A DNA stretch of 64,000 bases. Origin: Bacteroidales bacterium (GTDB lineage Bacteria; Bacteroidota; Bacteroidia; Bacteroidales; GWA2-32-17). Shown here one piece after another: positions 18,401 through 28,030 of this stretch. The notes beneath the pieces were generated by a model that saw nothing but the letters and a program-made list of their open reading frames with translations, was not told where the DNA came from and did no database searches. Both the position numbers and the translations under genes were made by a program. The stretch's first letter is position 1, and each line of letters starts with the position of its first letter. The stretch covers positions 696-64,695 of the forward strand of contig JAOAFV010000041.1 in NCBI GenBank assembly GCA_026416095.1, written 5' to 3'.

Positions 18401-19438
18401 TTATTGTTTGCAATACCAAGTTTTTATTTTTTTACATATATTAACAACACTTAGCATTACAGGTACTTCGACAAGTACACCAACAACAGTAGCAAGTGCG
18501 GCACCAGACGATGGGCCAAATAAAGCTATAGCAGTTGCAACTGCAAGTTCAAAAAAATTACTTGCACCAATTAGTGCACCAGGAGCTGCAATATTGAAAT
18601 CGACCTTAAAACGACGCATTAATATAATTACTAACGAAGAATTGAAATATACTTGGATTAAAATAGGAATTGCAATTAGTAAAACATGAAGTAGCTTAGA
18701 TGTAATATTTTGCGCCTGAAATGCAAAAATAAATATTAAAGTGAGTAATAAAGCAATAATACTTATTGGGCTAAACTTGGGTATAAATTTATTATTGAAC
18801 CATGCTTCGCCATATTTTTTTATAACAAGTTTACGAGTAATAAAGCCAGCCGATAAAGGAATTACTATAAAAATAATAACAGCCCAAAGTAAAACATTAA
18901 AAGGAACAAATAACGAGGAAGTACCGCTAACGAGTAATTTTACTATTGGAGCAAAAGCTATTAGCATAATAAGATCGTTAATTGCAACTTGAACCAATGT
19001 ATACCCTGGATTCCCGTTAACTAAGTAACTCCACACAAAAACCATGGCTGTGCATGGGGCTGCTGCAAGTATTATTACTCCTGCAGTATATTGTTGTCCT
19101 AATTCGGTAGGTATTAATTCATTGTATATCTTTGTGAAAAATAGCCAACCCAAGAAAGCCATTGAAAAAGGTTTTATTAGCCAGTTAACAAAAAGTGTAA
19201 TGAATAATCCCTTAGGTTTTTTACCTACATTTTTTATTGACTCAAAGTCAACTTTTAGCATCATGGGATAAATCATAAGCCACAACAAAAGTGCTATGGG
19301 AATATTAATATGTGTATCTGTTCCAAATTCTAATTTTCTTAATGATGCAGTTATTTCTGGAAAATTATTGCCCAAAAAAACACCAATTATCATGCATAAG
19401 ATTACCCAAATTGTTAAGTACCTCTCAAAGAAAGTCAT
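18401..19438 (-). CDS. acr3: ACR3-family arsenite efflux permease
   Basis: Motifs FERYLTIWVILCMIIG, MIYPMMLKVDF and AAPCTAMVFVWSYL (conserved Cys) are present. The protein is polytopic and 345 aa long. Confidence 0.85.
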   Translation of the reverse strand: MTFFERYLTIWVILCMIIGVFLGNNFPEITASLRKLEFGTDTHINIPIALLLWLMIYPMMLKVDFESIKNVGKKPKGLFITLFVNWLIKPFSMAFLGWLFFTKIYNELIPTELGQQYTAGVIILAAAPCTAMVFVWSYLVNGNPGYTLVQVAINDLIMLIAFAPIVKLLVSGTSSLFVPFNVLLWAVIIFIVIPLSAGFITRKLVIKKYGEAWFNNKFIPKFSPISIIALLLTLIFIFAFQAQNITSKLLHVLLIAIPILIQVYFNSSLVIILMRRFKVDFNIAAPGALIGASNFFELAVATAIALFGPSSGAALATVVGVLVEVPVMLSVVNICKKIKTWYCKQ

Positions 19439-19496
19439 GTTTCGAAAATTTTTTAAATGTATTGTACATTTATTTTTTTTGAAATGATATTTAAAA

Positions 19497-20156
19497 TCAG
19501 TTAATTTGTTTTATATCAACATCGAAAAAAGATTCTATTTTTAAATGTGCTTCATATTCTGGAGTTAAGTAAACATTTTTATATTGTCCTTTTAAAACTC
19601 TTATAGTTTTAAAACCATGCTTTTTTATACCCACAAAATCTTTGTAGGGATTATCGCCAAAATAAACCACATTGGCGGGTGTAACTTTTTCCCATTCAGC
19701 TATTTTAAAAAAGACAAATGGAGAAGGTTTTTCGTATTTTATACCATAAATGCGTGTTGGAATAATTTTTTTTACGTATTTATTTAAGCCAAGATATTTG
19801 GCTTTATTTAATTGCACATACTTATTACCATCGGTAACTACATATATTTTTTCGTTCGAAAGCTTTTTCAAAAAATATTCGCTATCTTCATATAATTTGA
19901 TATTTGGTGGGTGATATCTGTAAATTTTTATACATTTTAAAACTTCTTTCTTTGAATAATATCCTAATTCGGAAAGTAATACATCGAAAGTATTTCCTCG
20001 TCCGTACTGTTCAAAGATCTCTAATAGTCTATGAAACACCCTATCTTGTGGTAATCGATATTTAGAAGACAGATAATTGGCAACACTTTTAAAACCACTT
20101 TTTATAAATGAAAGTTCTTCGTAAAGGGTGTCGTCCAAATCAAAAACAAAAATCAT
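19497..20156 (-). CDS. HAD-superfamily hydrolase
   Basis: It starts with MIFVFDLDDTLYEE (the DxDxT nucleophile motif) and has a late FGDNPYKDF motif. Confidence 0.75.
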   Translation of the reverse strand: MIFVFDLDDTLYEELSFIKSGFKSVANYLSSKYRLPQDRVFHRLLEIFEQYGRGNTFDVLLSELGYYSKKEVLKCIKIYRYHPPNIKLYEDSEYFLKKLSNEKIYVVTDGNKYVQLNKAKYLGLNKYVKKIIPTRIYGIKYEKPSPFVFFKIAEWEKVTPANVVYFGDNPYKDFVGIKKHGFKTIRVLKGQYKNVYLTPEYEAHLKIESFFDVDIKQIN

Positions 20157-20246
20157 AAGAACTATTAAATTTTTTGTTTATTAAAACCAATTGTATAATA
20201 ACTTTACTTAAACCATAAAAATTTCTTTCTTTATATTCAACAATTT

Positions 20247-20852
20247 TTATTTATAATTTACAAGTATTTTTATTACAAGTCTCTTAAAATTCAATTTTAA
20301 TGTTTTATTGGTATTGTTGTTGAAGAATTTTTTATTGCTATTTGTATTAATTTGGAAAAATGTTTTAATACTGTATTTGTGAGAGTGGTCGTGATAAAAT
20401 ACTTTATAAAAATATTTTTTTATAAAAGTAAGCAAATTTAATGCAATATTGTAAAAATAAATAACTAAGGTGTTAATTGCATTTTCTAACTTAAAAAGAA
20501 AAAAAAACTTTAAATTAATGGTATCTTCACTATTACATGCAATTTTATTTTTAGATTTTATATTATAAAGTTTGTAGGTATTTCGCAATGATGTAAATAA
20601 TTGTAAAATATTAAAAGTATTAGAAAAATTGAAAATAACTTTGTTAATGATTGCTAAAAAGAAAGAACTAAGTATTAAAATTTCTTTTTTATCGATAGTA
20701 GATTTAACAAATACTGCCTGTTTGAATGGTAATATATATTTAATGTAATTATTCTGTAAACTTGTTCGACTGTAAAAGTTACCCACAGGGCAAGATAATG
20801 TGTATTTAGGAACTATATAAGATACAAATTCTCTTAATAATAGTTTTTTCAT
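20247..20852 (-). CDS. Doubtful hypothetical ORF (N/K/F/I-rich), possibly a decayed gene
   Basis: It is the only long ORF in an extremely AT-rich 750-bp gap inside the glycan operon. Its composition is low-complexity and I recognised no motif. Confidence 0.3.
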   Translation of the reverse strand: MKKLLLREFVSYIVPKYTLSCPVGNFYSRTSLQNNYIKYILPFKQAVFVKSTIDKKEILILSSFFLAIINKVIFNFSNTFNILQLFTSLRNTYKLYNIKSKNKIACNSEDTINLKFFFLFKLENAINTLVIYFYNIALNLLTFIKKYFYKVFYHDHSHKYSIKTFFQINTNSNKKFFNNNTNKTLKLNFKRLVIKILVNYK

Positions 20853-20906
20853 TGTAAAATTTTTAGTATTAGCTAAGGTAAACAGAGAAATCAGGGAAAC
20901 ATAAAG

Positions 20907-22814
20907 TTAAATTTTAAAAAAATAATCGTTGTATACTCTAATTAACTTCTGAGGCTCTATTTTAGAGTAATAGGTATTAATATTTTCGTTATTAGCCTCT
21001 AATAAGAACCAATATATTGTTTCTAAGCCGCTACATATAGAAAGTGTTGAGGCTCCACCCAACCTACAGTTACATTCAATAATATAAGCATTGTTGCCTT
21101 TTATTATAGCTTGAAATATGGCATGTCCTCTAATATTTAAAAATTCAGAAAGCTCAGAAAATAACAATTTTAGTTTTCTATTATTGAAAATTGTAGAAAT
21201 ATGCGATTCTCCATTTACTATTAGATTCCTTTCTCTTAAAACTACTTCTTTACATTTTCCTTCTTTTGTAACATACACATCAATGCTTATTTCTTTTCCT
21301 TCAATAAAAGGTTGGAAGATAGGATTTTCTAATTCTTTAGCAAAATCAATAGCTTTGTTGTAAGTTAAATTAATTCCTATTTTTCTAGATCCTGCTCCAA
21401 ATCTTTCTTTTACAACATAATAAGTACTTTTTATATCTTCAATTTTAGTACTTGTTTCAATTACAGGGTATTTATTTTTTAAAGTATTATAGAACAATAA
21501 CTTATCGTTAGTAATTTTTATTGTTTGTGGTGGGCTTACCATTACATGAATATTGTGTTTTTTTAGTTCGTTTTTAATTTTTGCCCAAAACATAAGTTCA
21601 TTGTCGCGTGTTGGTATAATGTATTTGATATTTCTTTTTTTGCATTCGGTGATTATATCGCGAAGGCTATATTTTTCTGTAAGTTTCATTTTCCAAAATT
21701 CATCTGTAAAATATTTACCAATACAGTTTTTATCGCAATCGCCACCAATTATTTTAAGGTTATTGGAAAACTTTTTTGAAGAAGCTCTTATAATGTTTAT
21801 TAAAGGAATTTTTTTAGACACACTTGTAATAAGTATAGAACTTTTTTCGCCAATGCTTTCTTCGTATACACCATTTCTTTGTTTTTCGAACTCTATTATT
21901 TTTTTTATTCCCTCCTCTAAGGTTATTTTAGGAGTCCAATTCAAGATGGAATTTAATAAGGTAACATCGGCACAAGAAGCTTCGTAAGGAATGTTTTCGT
22001 GGATTTCTCTTATCTTCATTTTTGGGAAGTATGAAAATAGAATTTTTATTATATCTTCAACTTTACGAGGTATACCAGTTCCAAGGTTAACAATACCGCA
22101 AAAATCAGATTTGGCTAATCTTAATAATCCTTCGGCAGAATCTTCGGCGTAAATATAATCGAAAATATTTTCTTTATTGTACAATAAAATTTCTTCGTTT
22201 TTAATTATTGCTCTTATCCAACGCGATATTACATCTCTCGAATTTTTACCGTAGCCTCGAAAAATACGTGCAGAAATAAATTTGAATTGTTTATTTTTAA
22301 AGTTATTTAAAAATAGAAGCTCACATTCGTGAGCCAATTTTGCCATTCCTGTTAAATTCCTAGGCATTATTGGAAAATCTTCTTTCAACTTTATAGGGGT
22401 GGTTTGTGGAGTATTGAATTGATATAAATTTTCATTGTAAACCAAGTAAGATGAAGCAAAAATAACTTTTTGTAAGGAACTAATATCCTTTAAAATCGAC
22501 ATTAAATAGTTACTTAATCTTATATTATTATGAAAATTTTCGTCCCAAAATTCATATGTTTCTTTTGTTCTTTCGAATGTTGCTGCCAGGTGAAAAAATA
22601 TGTTAGGTTTAAATCTTTTAAGTTCTTCGGGAGCAATATAATTTAAATCGCCTTGTCTGTAAAGTATATCTGAAGGCCAATGTAAAGGACGAGGTTTTAA
22701 ATCGCCTACAAAAATTATAGCACCTTCTTTGTACAATTTTCTTACTAACTCGTTACCAATAACACCATTCCCCCCACTAATAAAAATCCTCTTATTCTTT
22801 AAAGTTTTTTTCAT
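20907..22814 (-). CDS. Fusion protein: N-terminal extended-SDR (NAD-dependent epimerase/dehydratase-like) domain plus C-terminal ATP-grasp domain
   Basis: The N-terminus ISGGNGVIGNELV is a Rossmann GxxGxxG motif. The C-terminal half has a PylC/CPS-like ATP-grasp pattern (YVVKERFGAGSRKIG...FQPFIEGKEISIDVY...YIIECNCRLGGAS). Confidence 0.8.
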   Translation of the reverse strand: MKKTLKNKRIFISGGNGVIGNELVRKLYKEGAIIFVGDLKPRPLHWPSDILYRQGDLNYIAPEELKRFKPNIFFHLAATFERTKETYEFWDENFHNNIRLSNYLMSILKDISSLQKVIFASSYLVYNENLYQFNTPQTTPIKLKEDFPIMPRNLTGMAKLAHECELLFLNNFKNKQFKFISARIFRGYGKNSRDVISRWIRAIIKNEEILLYNKENIFDYIYAEDSAEGLLRLAKSDFCGIVNLGTGIPRKVEDIIKILFSYFPKMKIREIHENIPYEASCADVTLLNSILNWTPKITLEEGIKKIIEFEKQRNGVYEESIGEKSSILITSVSKKIPLINIIRASSKKFSNNLKIIGGDCDKNCIGKYFTDEFWKMKLTEKYSLRDIITECKKRNIKYIIPTRDNELMFWAKIKNELKKHNIHVMVSPPQTIKITNDKLLFYNTLKNKYPVIETSTKIEDIKSTYYVVKERFGAGSRKIGINLTYNKAIDFAKELENPIFQPFIEGKEISIDVYVTKEGKCKEVVLRERNLIVNGESHISTIFNNRKLKLLFSELSEFLNIRGHAIFQAIIKGNNAYIIECNCRLGGASTLSICSGLETIYWFLLEANNENINTYYSKIEPQKLIRVYNDYFFKI

Positions 22815-23373
22815 ACTCCGATTTTAAAATACTATGAATTAAAGAATTAATAAATTTATTTTTAAAGAAAACATGCTCTCTTAATATTCCTTCTAATTTA
22901 AAACCATTTTTTTCTAAAATTGTAATATGAAATTTTCTAAATTCATATGTTTCGCTAAACAACCGATTAAGTTGAATGTCGTTAAATGTTACCTGATAAA
23001 TAAGTTTTAAAAAGGAAGTGAAATCTTCTGAATAAATTTCATTTATTTGACTTCTTTTTGTTTCAACTAAAAAGGATAATTCAGCTCTTTTATTGTACCA
23101 GTCGATATTGGTTAGCCCTCCATAGCCTATACATTCATTATTAAATAGATAACTAAATAATATTTGTTTAGGTTTTTCTTCATAAAATGTTGGTAAAACA
23201 AAGTTTTGGTAATAGTTTTTTTGTTCTTCTTCTGTGAGCAAATGATTTTGTCTTAAAATATCTATTTGTTCGTTTCGCCACTTCATTATTTTAAAAATAT
23301 CTTCTTCGCGGTAGGGCGTAATTTTATAAGGCCCTAAAACTAATTCTGGTTTTTTAAGGCATTTCATATTCAA
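22792..23373 (-). CDS. GNAT-family N-acetyltransferase (PseH-like)
   Basis: The pattern ITPYREEDIFKIMKWRNEQ...IGYGGLTNIDWYNKRAELSF...ILEKNGFKLEGILRE resembles PseH/RimL-type acetyltransferases. Confidence 0.7.
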   Translation of the reverse strand: MNMKCLKKPELVLGPYKITPYREEDIFKIMKWRNEQIDILRQNHLLTEEEQKNYYQNFVLPTFYEEKPKQILFSYLFNNECIGYGGLTNIDWYNKRAELSFLVETKRSQINEIYSEDFTSFLKLIYQVTFNDIQLNRLFSETYEFRKFHITILEKNGFKLEGILREHVFFKNKFINSLIHSILKSEYEKNFKE

Positions 23374-24241
23374 ATATTCCTATTATTTGTCGTCCTAGCT
23401 TAACGTTAAAAAGTGAAACATAAAAATTTAAAACATCGTTAATTTTATTATTCTCAAAAATGAAATTAAAAGAAGAAACCCTTTGTTGATGGGCACATTT
23501 ACCCTTCTTAGGATTATTTACATAATTTGCACAGGGGTTTAATATGTTTAAATCAATGGGGAAATCGGAAAATAATAATCTTTTTTTCCAGCCAAAATTA
23601 TTGCAAAAATTTATAAGACCTTTAGGATTAAAATAAGAAATATGGTCGGGGGTGATTATCCAAAATTTACTTTTTATTATTTTATTTTTAAGAGCAAAAA
23701 TTTGTAGCGGTGAAAAATCGTTTGGCACTTCTATAACTAAAAAAGAACCATTTTTCACTAGATTTTGAAGTGTTTTCATTAATTCTTCAGGATATAGTAG
23801 ATGTTCTAAAACATTATCCATCCATATTATATCAAATTTTTTTTCGCTATTAGCGAGTACTTTTAAATTTTCTAAAATATCGCCGACTATCAGATATTTC
23901 AAAACTTGGGTATTATTTTTTTTTATTGCGTAGTCGGAAAAATCTAAGCCGATTAGGTTATTACTATATTTTGATAAATACTTTAAAAGCCAGCCCTCGC
24001 CACATCCTATATCTAGAATGTGGGTATTTTTCTTAATTTTTCTAAATTTTTTTAATGCGTGAATTTTTAGAGCGATGTTGTATTCAATATATTTCAGTTC
24101 ATCTTTTGTATATGTGGCTTTGTAAGAGCCCTTACAAGTTTGGTAATATTTTTGAGTGTAATATTCTTTTAATTCTTTATAGGTAGGTTTATTAGCTAGT
24201 TCGTAAAATCCGAATTTATTTTTTTTTACTTTATTGTGCAT
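23354..24241 (-). CDS. Class I SAM-dependent methyltransferase
   Basis: HILDIGCGEGWLLKYL is motif I, followed by LIGLDFS and FDIIWMDNVLEHL. Confidence 0.8.
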   Translation of the reverse strand: MHNKVKKNKFGFYELANKPTYKELKEYYTQKYYQTCKGSYKATYTKDELKYIEYNIALKIHALKKFRKIKKNTHILDIGCGEGWLLKYLSKYSNNLIGLDFSDYAIKKNNTQVLKYLIVGDILENLKVLANSEKKFDIIWMDNVLEHLLYPEELMKTLQNLVKNGSFLVIEVPNDFSPLQIFALKNKIIKSKFWIITPDHISYFNPKGLINFCNNFGWKKRLLFSDFPIDLNILNPCANYVNNPKKGKCAHQQRVSSFNFIFENNKINDVLNFYVSLFNVKLGRQIIGIFEYEMP

Positions 24242-24920
24242 TTATCATTTTATATTTTAGTTCGGCTATTTTCCAATCGTCTTCGTTATCTATATCTTGT
24301 GCTTCGAGTTGAGATAATATAATGACACCTGCATTATTTGAAAAAAAACGTTTTTGTTTAAGAAACTCATTGGTTTTCATCCAATAAAACTGACCTGCGT
24401 CGTGGTATGCGATTTCTAGGTCTTGTGAGCGAGTAAAGATATATTCAGGATAAAACATTTGAGCTTTGCCATCTCTAATGCGAAGAGCACGTTGTATTGG
24501 ATAACTAAAAGGTACTACGGGAAATACTGAATCGTAATTGTTGTTTAGTAACAAGTTGTATGCTTCGATTATTTTGTTTGCTTTCATAAGAGGTGCGGTG
24601 GCAAATATACAACAAATATTATCGAAATGCATGTTTAGATTTGAGTATTTATTTAGTACTTCTTCTACTATTTGGGCAATATGAGCAGTATCGGTAGAAG
24701 TTTCATTACTTCGCATAAAAGGCACCGATGCTCCATAATTTTGGGCAATTTCGGCAATTTCATAATCGTCGGTCGATACCATTATTTCTTGAAATAAACA
24801 TGTTTGTTTAGCTGTTTCTATTGAATATGCAATAATGGGTTTACCTAAGAAAGGCTTAATATTTTTACGTGGTATTCGTTTGCTTCCTCCGCGTGCCGGT
24901 ATAATAGCAAGGTTTTTCAT
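24231..24920 (-). CDS. pseF: CMP-nonulosonate synthetase family (pseudaminic acid cytidylyltransferase-like)
   Basis: Motifs [53 protein letters not shown] and [13 protein letters not shown] closely follow my recollection of the PseF/NeuA-type pattern. Confidence 0.75.
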   Translation of the reverse strand: MKNLAIIPARGGSKRIPRKNIKPFLGKPIIAYSIETAKQTCLFQEIMVSTDDYEIAEIAQNYGASVPFMRSNETSTDTAHIAQIVEEVLNKYSNLNMHFDNICCIFATAPLMKANKIIEAYNLLLNNNYDSVFPVVPFSYPIQRALRIRDGKAQMFYPEYIFTRSQDLEIAYHDAGQFYWMKTNEFLKQKRFFSNNAGVIILSQLEAQDIDNEDDWKIAELKYKMINAQ

Positions 24921-25858
24921 TGGTCTTTTTTTTCTATTTTACTCAGAAAATCATTGTATGTAATTTTTAACCCTTCTGTGAGAGGAGTTTTTGCTCTCCA
25001 GCCCATGTTATGAATTTTTGTACAGTCAAGTAATTTTCTTGGTGTGCCATCGGGCATATTAGGGTTGAAAACAATATTTCCATTGTAACCAACAATTTTT
25101 TTTATGAGATATGCAAGATCTCTTATTGATATTTCTTCGCCACTTCCAACATTAATCCATCCGTAGTTATTATAATTGTTCATAAGAAAAATACAGGCAT
25201 CGGCAAGGTCGTCTGTAAATAGAAACTCGCGGAATGGTGTACCTGTTCCCCAAACTTCTACTTCGGGTAATTTTTTTTCTTTTGCTTCGTGAAATCTTTT
25301 TATTAAAGCAGGAATAACATGCGAATTTTCGGGGTGATAGTTATCGTTTATTCCGTAAAGATTTGTAGGCATAACACTTATAAAGTTACAACCGTATTGA
25401 AATCTATATGTATCGCAAAGTTTTAACCCTACGATTTTAGCAATAGCATAGGGCTCATTGGTTGGTTCTAATGCTCCTGTTAATAAATATTCTTCTTTAA
25501 GTGGTTGAGGAGCAAATTTTGGATATATACATGAAGAGCCCAAAAAGAGTAGCTTTTTTGTTCCATACTTGTATGCAGAGTGAATAATATTTGCAGCAAT
25601 CATTAAGTTTTCGTATAAAAACTGAGCTTTATAAGTATTGTTGGCATATATACCACCTACTTTTGCTGCAGCAACAAAAACATATTCGGGTTTATGTTTT
25701 TCAAAAAACAACTCAACATCTGTTTGTCTTATTAAGTTAAGTTCTTGTGAAGTAGCTGTAAGAATATTATTGTAACCATTTTTTTTTAATGCTCTTACTA
25801 TAGCACTTCCCACCATGCCAGTATGGCCCGCAACGTAAATAAGAGAATTTGTATTCAT
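24917..25858 (-). CDS. fcl: GDP-L-fucose synthase
   Basis: Motifs [59 protein letters not shown]-like and [12 protein letters not shown] are present. Confidence 0.9.
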   Translation of the reverse strand: MNTNSLIYVAGHTGMVGSAIVRALKKNGYNNILTATSQELNLIRQTDVELFFEKHKPEYVFVAAAKVGGIYANNTYKAQFLYENLMIAANIIHSAYKYGTKKLLFLGSSCIYPKFAPQPLKEEYLLTGALEPTNEPYAIAKIVGLKLCDTYRFQYGCNFISVMPTNLYGINDNYHPENSHVIPALIKRFHEAKEKKLPEVEVWGTGTPFREFLFTDDLADACIFLMNNYNNYGWINVGSGEEISIRDLAYLIKKIVGYNGNIVFNPNMPDGTPRKLLDCTKIHNMGWRAKTPLTEGLKITYNDFLSKIEKKDQ

Positions 25859-26021
25859 GAGTTAAATTTGTTTACAAATTTATATTTAAAATTATACATT
25901 TTTAAAATGTTTTATATTAATTCTTTTTAGCTAAGTTTCTAGTATGAAAGTAAAATTCTTTTTATGTATTAAGTTTATTTTACTTAATACAAATAATATT
26001 TTTTTTAAGGTCTAAAAAAAT

Positions 26022-26516
26022 TCATAATACTTCTAAATATTTTTTTGCTATTTCAATAGCTGGCGAATATGGAAAATTTTCTATTCTAAATAGAACCAAG
26101 TCTTTAGATTTTTCTTTAATTACTTCTCCTACGTATCCCATTAATGAACCGCTGATAACTTTTACCTTTTGTCCTGCTTTAATATCGGACGACACTACAT
26201 TAATCTTAAGGTCAAGAGTTATTAATTTTTTGAGCATTTCTATTTCTTTTTCTTTTATTATAGCTGGTTTGCCGTTAAACCATATGTATTTTACTATTCC
26301 TTTAACTTCAAATACTTTATAATATTCTTTTTTATCAACTTTTACGAAGCAATACGATCTAAATAAAGGCACCTCGATTATTTTTTTGCGATCTTTCCAT
26401 TGGTGTAATTCCTTTGTCAATGGTAAAAAAGTTTCTATTCCTAATTTAGTAAGTGCTTCATACACTTTTTTTTCGAAATTCGATCTTGTATATATGGCAT
26501 GCCATTGCTTATTCAT
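26022..26516 (-). CDS. UpxY-family (NusG-like) transcription antiterminator
   Basis: The NGN-like N-terminus is WHAIYTRSNFEKKV...GIETFLPL. The KOW-like motif is GQKVKVISGSLMGYVGEV. The protein is 164 aa. Confidence 0.8.
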   Translation of the reverse strand: MNKQWHAIYTRSNFEKKVYEALTKLGIETFLPLTKELHQWKDRKKIIEVPLFRSYCFVKVDKKEYYKVFEVKGIVKYIWFNGKPAIIKEKEIEMLKKLITLDLKINVVSSDIKAGQKVKVISGSLMGYVGEVIKEKSKDLVLFRIENFPYSPAIEIAKKYLEVL

Positions 26517-27973
26517 TCTTTATATTTATTTAAAAGGGTTGTTATATATAATAAAACAAAAGTTAGAATACCATTTATAAGTATAATTTCAAAACCAAAT
26601 TTATACCCATCAAATAATACTTCGGAATGTTTATTTAAAAAATAACAAATAATAGGAGAAGCAACAACAATAAAAGGTACGAGTTTTTCGTTGGTTTTAA
26701 ATTTTGTAAATAAACCATAAGCATATAATCCTAATAAAGGGCCATAAGTATAACCTGCAATAGTAAATAGTTCTTCAATAATAGCGACTTTAGTTATTGA
26801 ATTAAAGATTATTATTATTGCATACAGCATTATTGTAAATGAGATATGTACAAAAAATCTAATTTTTTTAATTTTTTCTTCTGATAGATTTTTTCTTAGT
26901 ACTCCGAGTATATCAACACAAAAGATAGTAGTTAACGAAGTTAAAGCTCCGTCGGCACTTGGAAAAGTTGCTGATATTAAGCCTATAAGAAATATTACTG
27001 CTATTATTCCGCCGGCATATTTTAAAGCAATAAGAGGAAACAAATTATCGGATTTTTCTGGTAAAGGTATATTGTATTTTTCAGCATATAGATACAATAA
27101 AACTCCAAGTGAGAGAAATAAAAGGTTAACAATAGCAATAATAAAACTATAAGTTATCATATTTTTTTGAGCATCTTGCAAAGATCGGCAACTAATGTTT
27201 TTTTGCATCATTTCCTGATCTAAACCTGTCATGGTTATTGTTATGAAAACTCCTGCTAAAAATTGCTTTATAAAAAAATTAGGTGTATTGTAATTATCGA
27301 AAAAGAATATTTTAGACATTTTTGAATTACTTATAGCAGATATAATTGTGTTAAGCGATAAATTCAGATGTTGCGATATAAAAATTATTGTCAAAATAAC
27401 AGATAAAATCATTCCTAATGTTTGTAATAAATCGGTGTAAACGAGAGTTTTTACACCACCCTTATAGGTATAAAGTAACATAAGGATCAGAAAAAATGCT
27501 GCAGTTATGAAAAAGGGTATATTCCATTTTGCAAAAACAAAATATTGTAAAAGATTTATAACAATAAAAACTCTTAAAGCCGCTCCTATTGAACGTGAAA
27601 TTATAAAAAAAATTGCACCTGTTTTGTATGAATGCATACCAAAACGATTTTGAAGGTACCCATAAATTGAAGGTACGTTAAGTTTATAATATATTGGGAG
27701 TAAAACAAAAGCAATTAAAAAATAACCAACAATGTATCCTAGTACCATTTGTAAATAAGAAAACTGAGTTGTTTTTACCCATCCAGGTACCGAAATAAAA
27801 GTAATACCCGACAAAGAAGTTCCAACCATTCCTAAAGCTACCCAATACCATTTACTTTTTCTATTTGCATTAAAAAAAGTAAGATTAGTAGCACCTTTAG
27901 AGGTAAGAAAGGCTAATAACATTAATAAACCAAAATATAAAAGTAGTATAAGTAATATCACAAATGGATTCAT
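26513..27973 (-). CDS. Sodium:solute symporter family transporter
   Basis: It is a polytopic 486-aa protein with an SSS-like N-terminus (FFNANRKSKWYWVALGMVGTSLSGITFISVPG). Its stop overlaps the UpxY start by 4 nt. Confidence 0.8.
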   Translation of the reverse strand: MNPFVILLILLLYFGLLMLLAFLTSKGATNLTFFNANRKSKWYWVALGMVGTSLSGITFISVPGWVKTTQFSYLQMVLGYIVGYFLIAFVLLPIYYKLNVPSIYGYLQNRFGMHSYKTGAIFFIISRSIGAALRVFIVINLLQYFVFAKWNIPFFITAAFFLILMLLYTYKGGVKTLVYTDLLQTLGMILSVILTIIFISQHLNLSLNTIISAISNSKMSKIFFFDNYNTPNFFIKQFLAGVFITITMTGLDQEMMQKNISCRSLQDAQKNMITYSFIIAIVNLLFLSLGVLLYLYAEKYNIPLPEKSDNLFPLIALKYAGGIIAVIFLIGLISATFPSADGALTSLTTIFCVDILGVLRKNLSEEKIKKIRFFVHISFTIMLYAIIIIFNSITKVAIIEELFTIAGYTYGPLLGLYAYGLFTKFKTNEKLVPFIVVASPIICYFLNKHSEVLFDGYKFGFEIILINGILTFVLLYITTLLNKYKE

Positions 27974-28030
27974 TATTTTTTTTGCAAATTTTTAAAAAAT
28001 ATTGTTTTTTGCATAATATTTTTACAGAGA

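Noticed and set aside
18408-19487. Four plus-strand ORFs (63-93 aa) antisense to the ACR3 gene
   Set aside because: They are shadow ORFs within a strongly supported membrane-protein gene, and they have no motifs.
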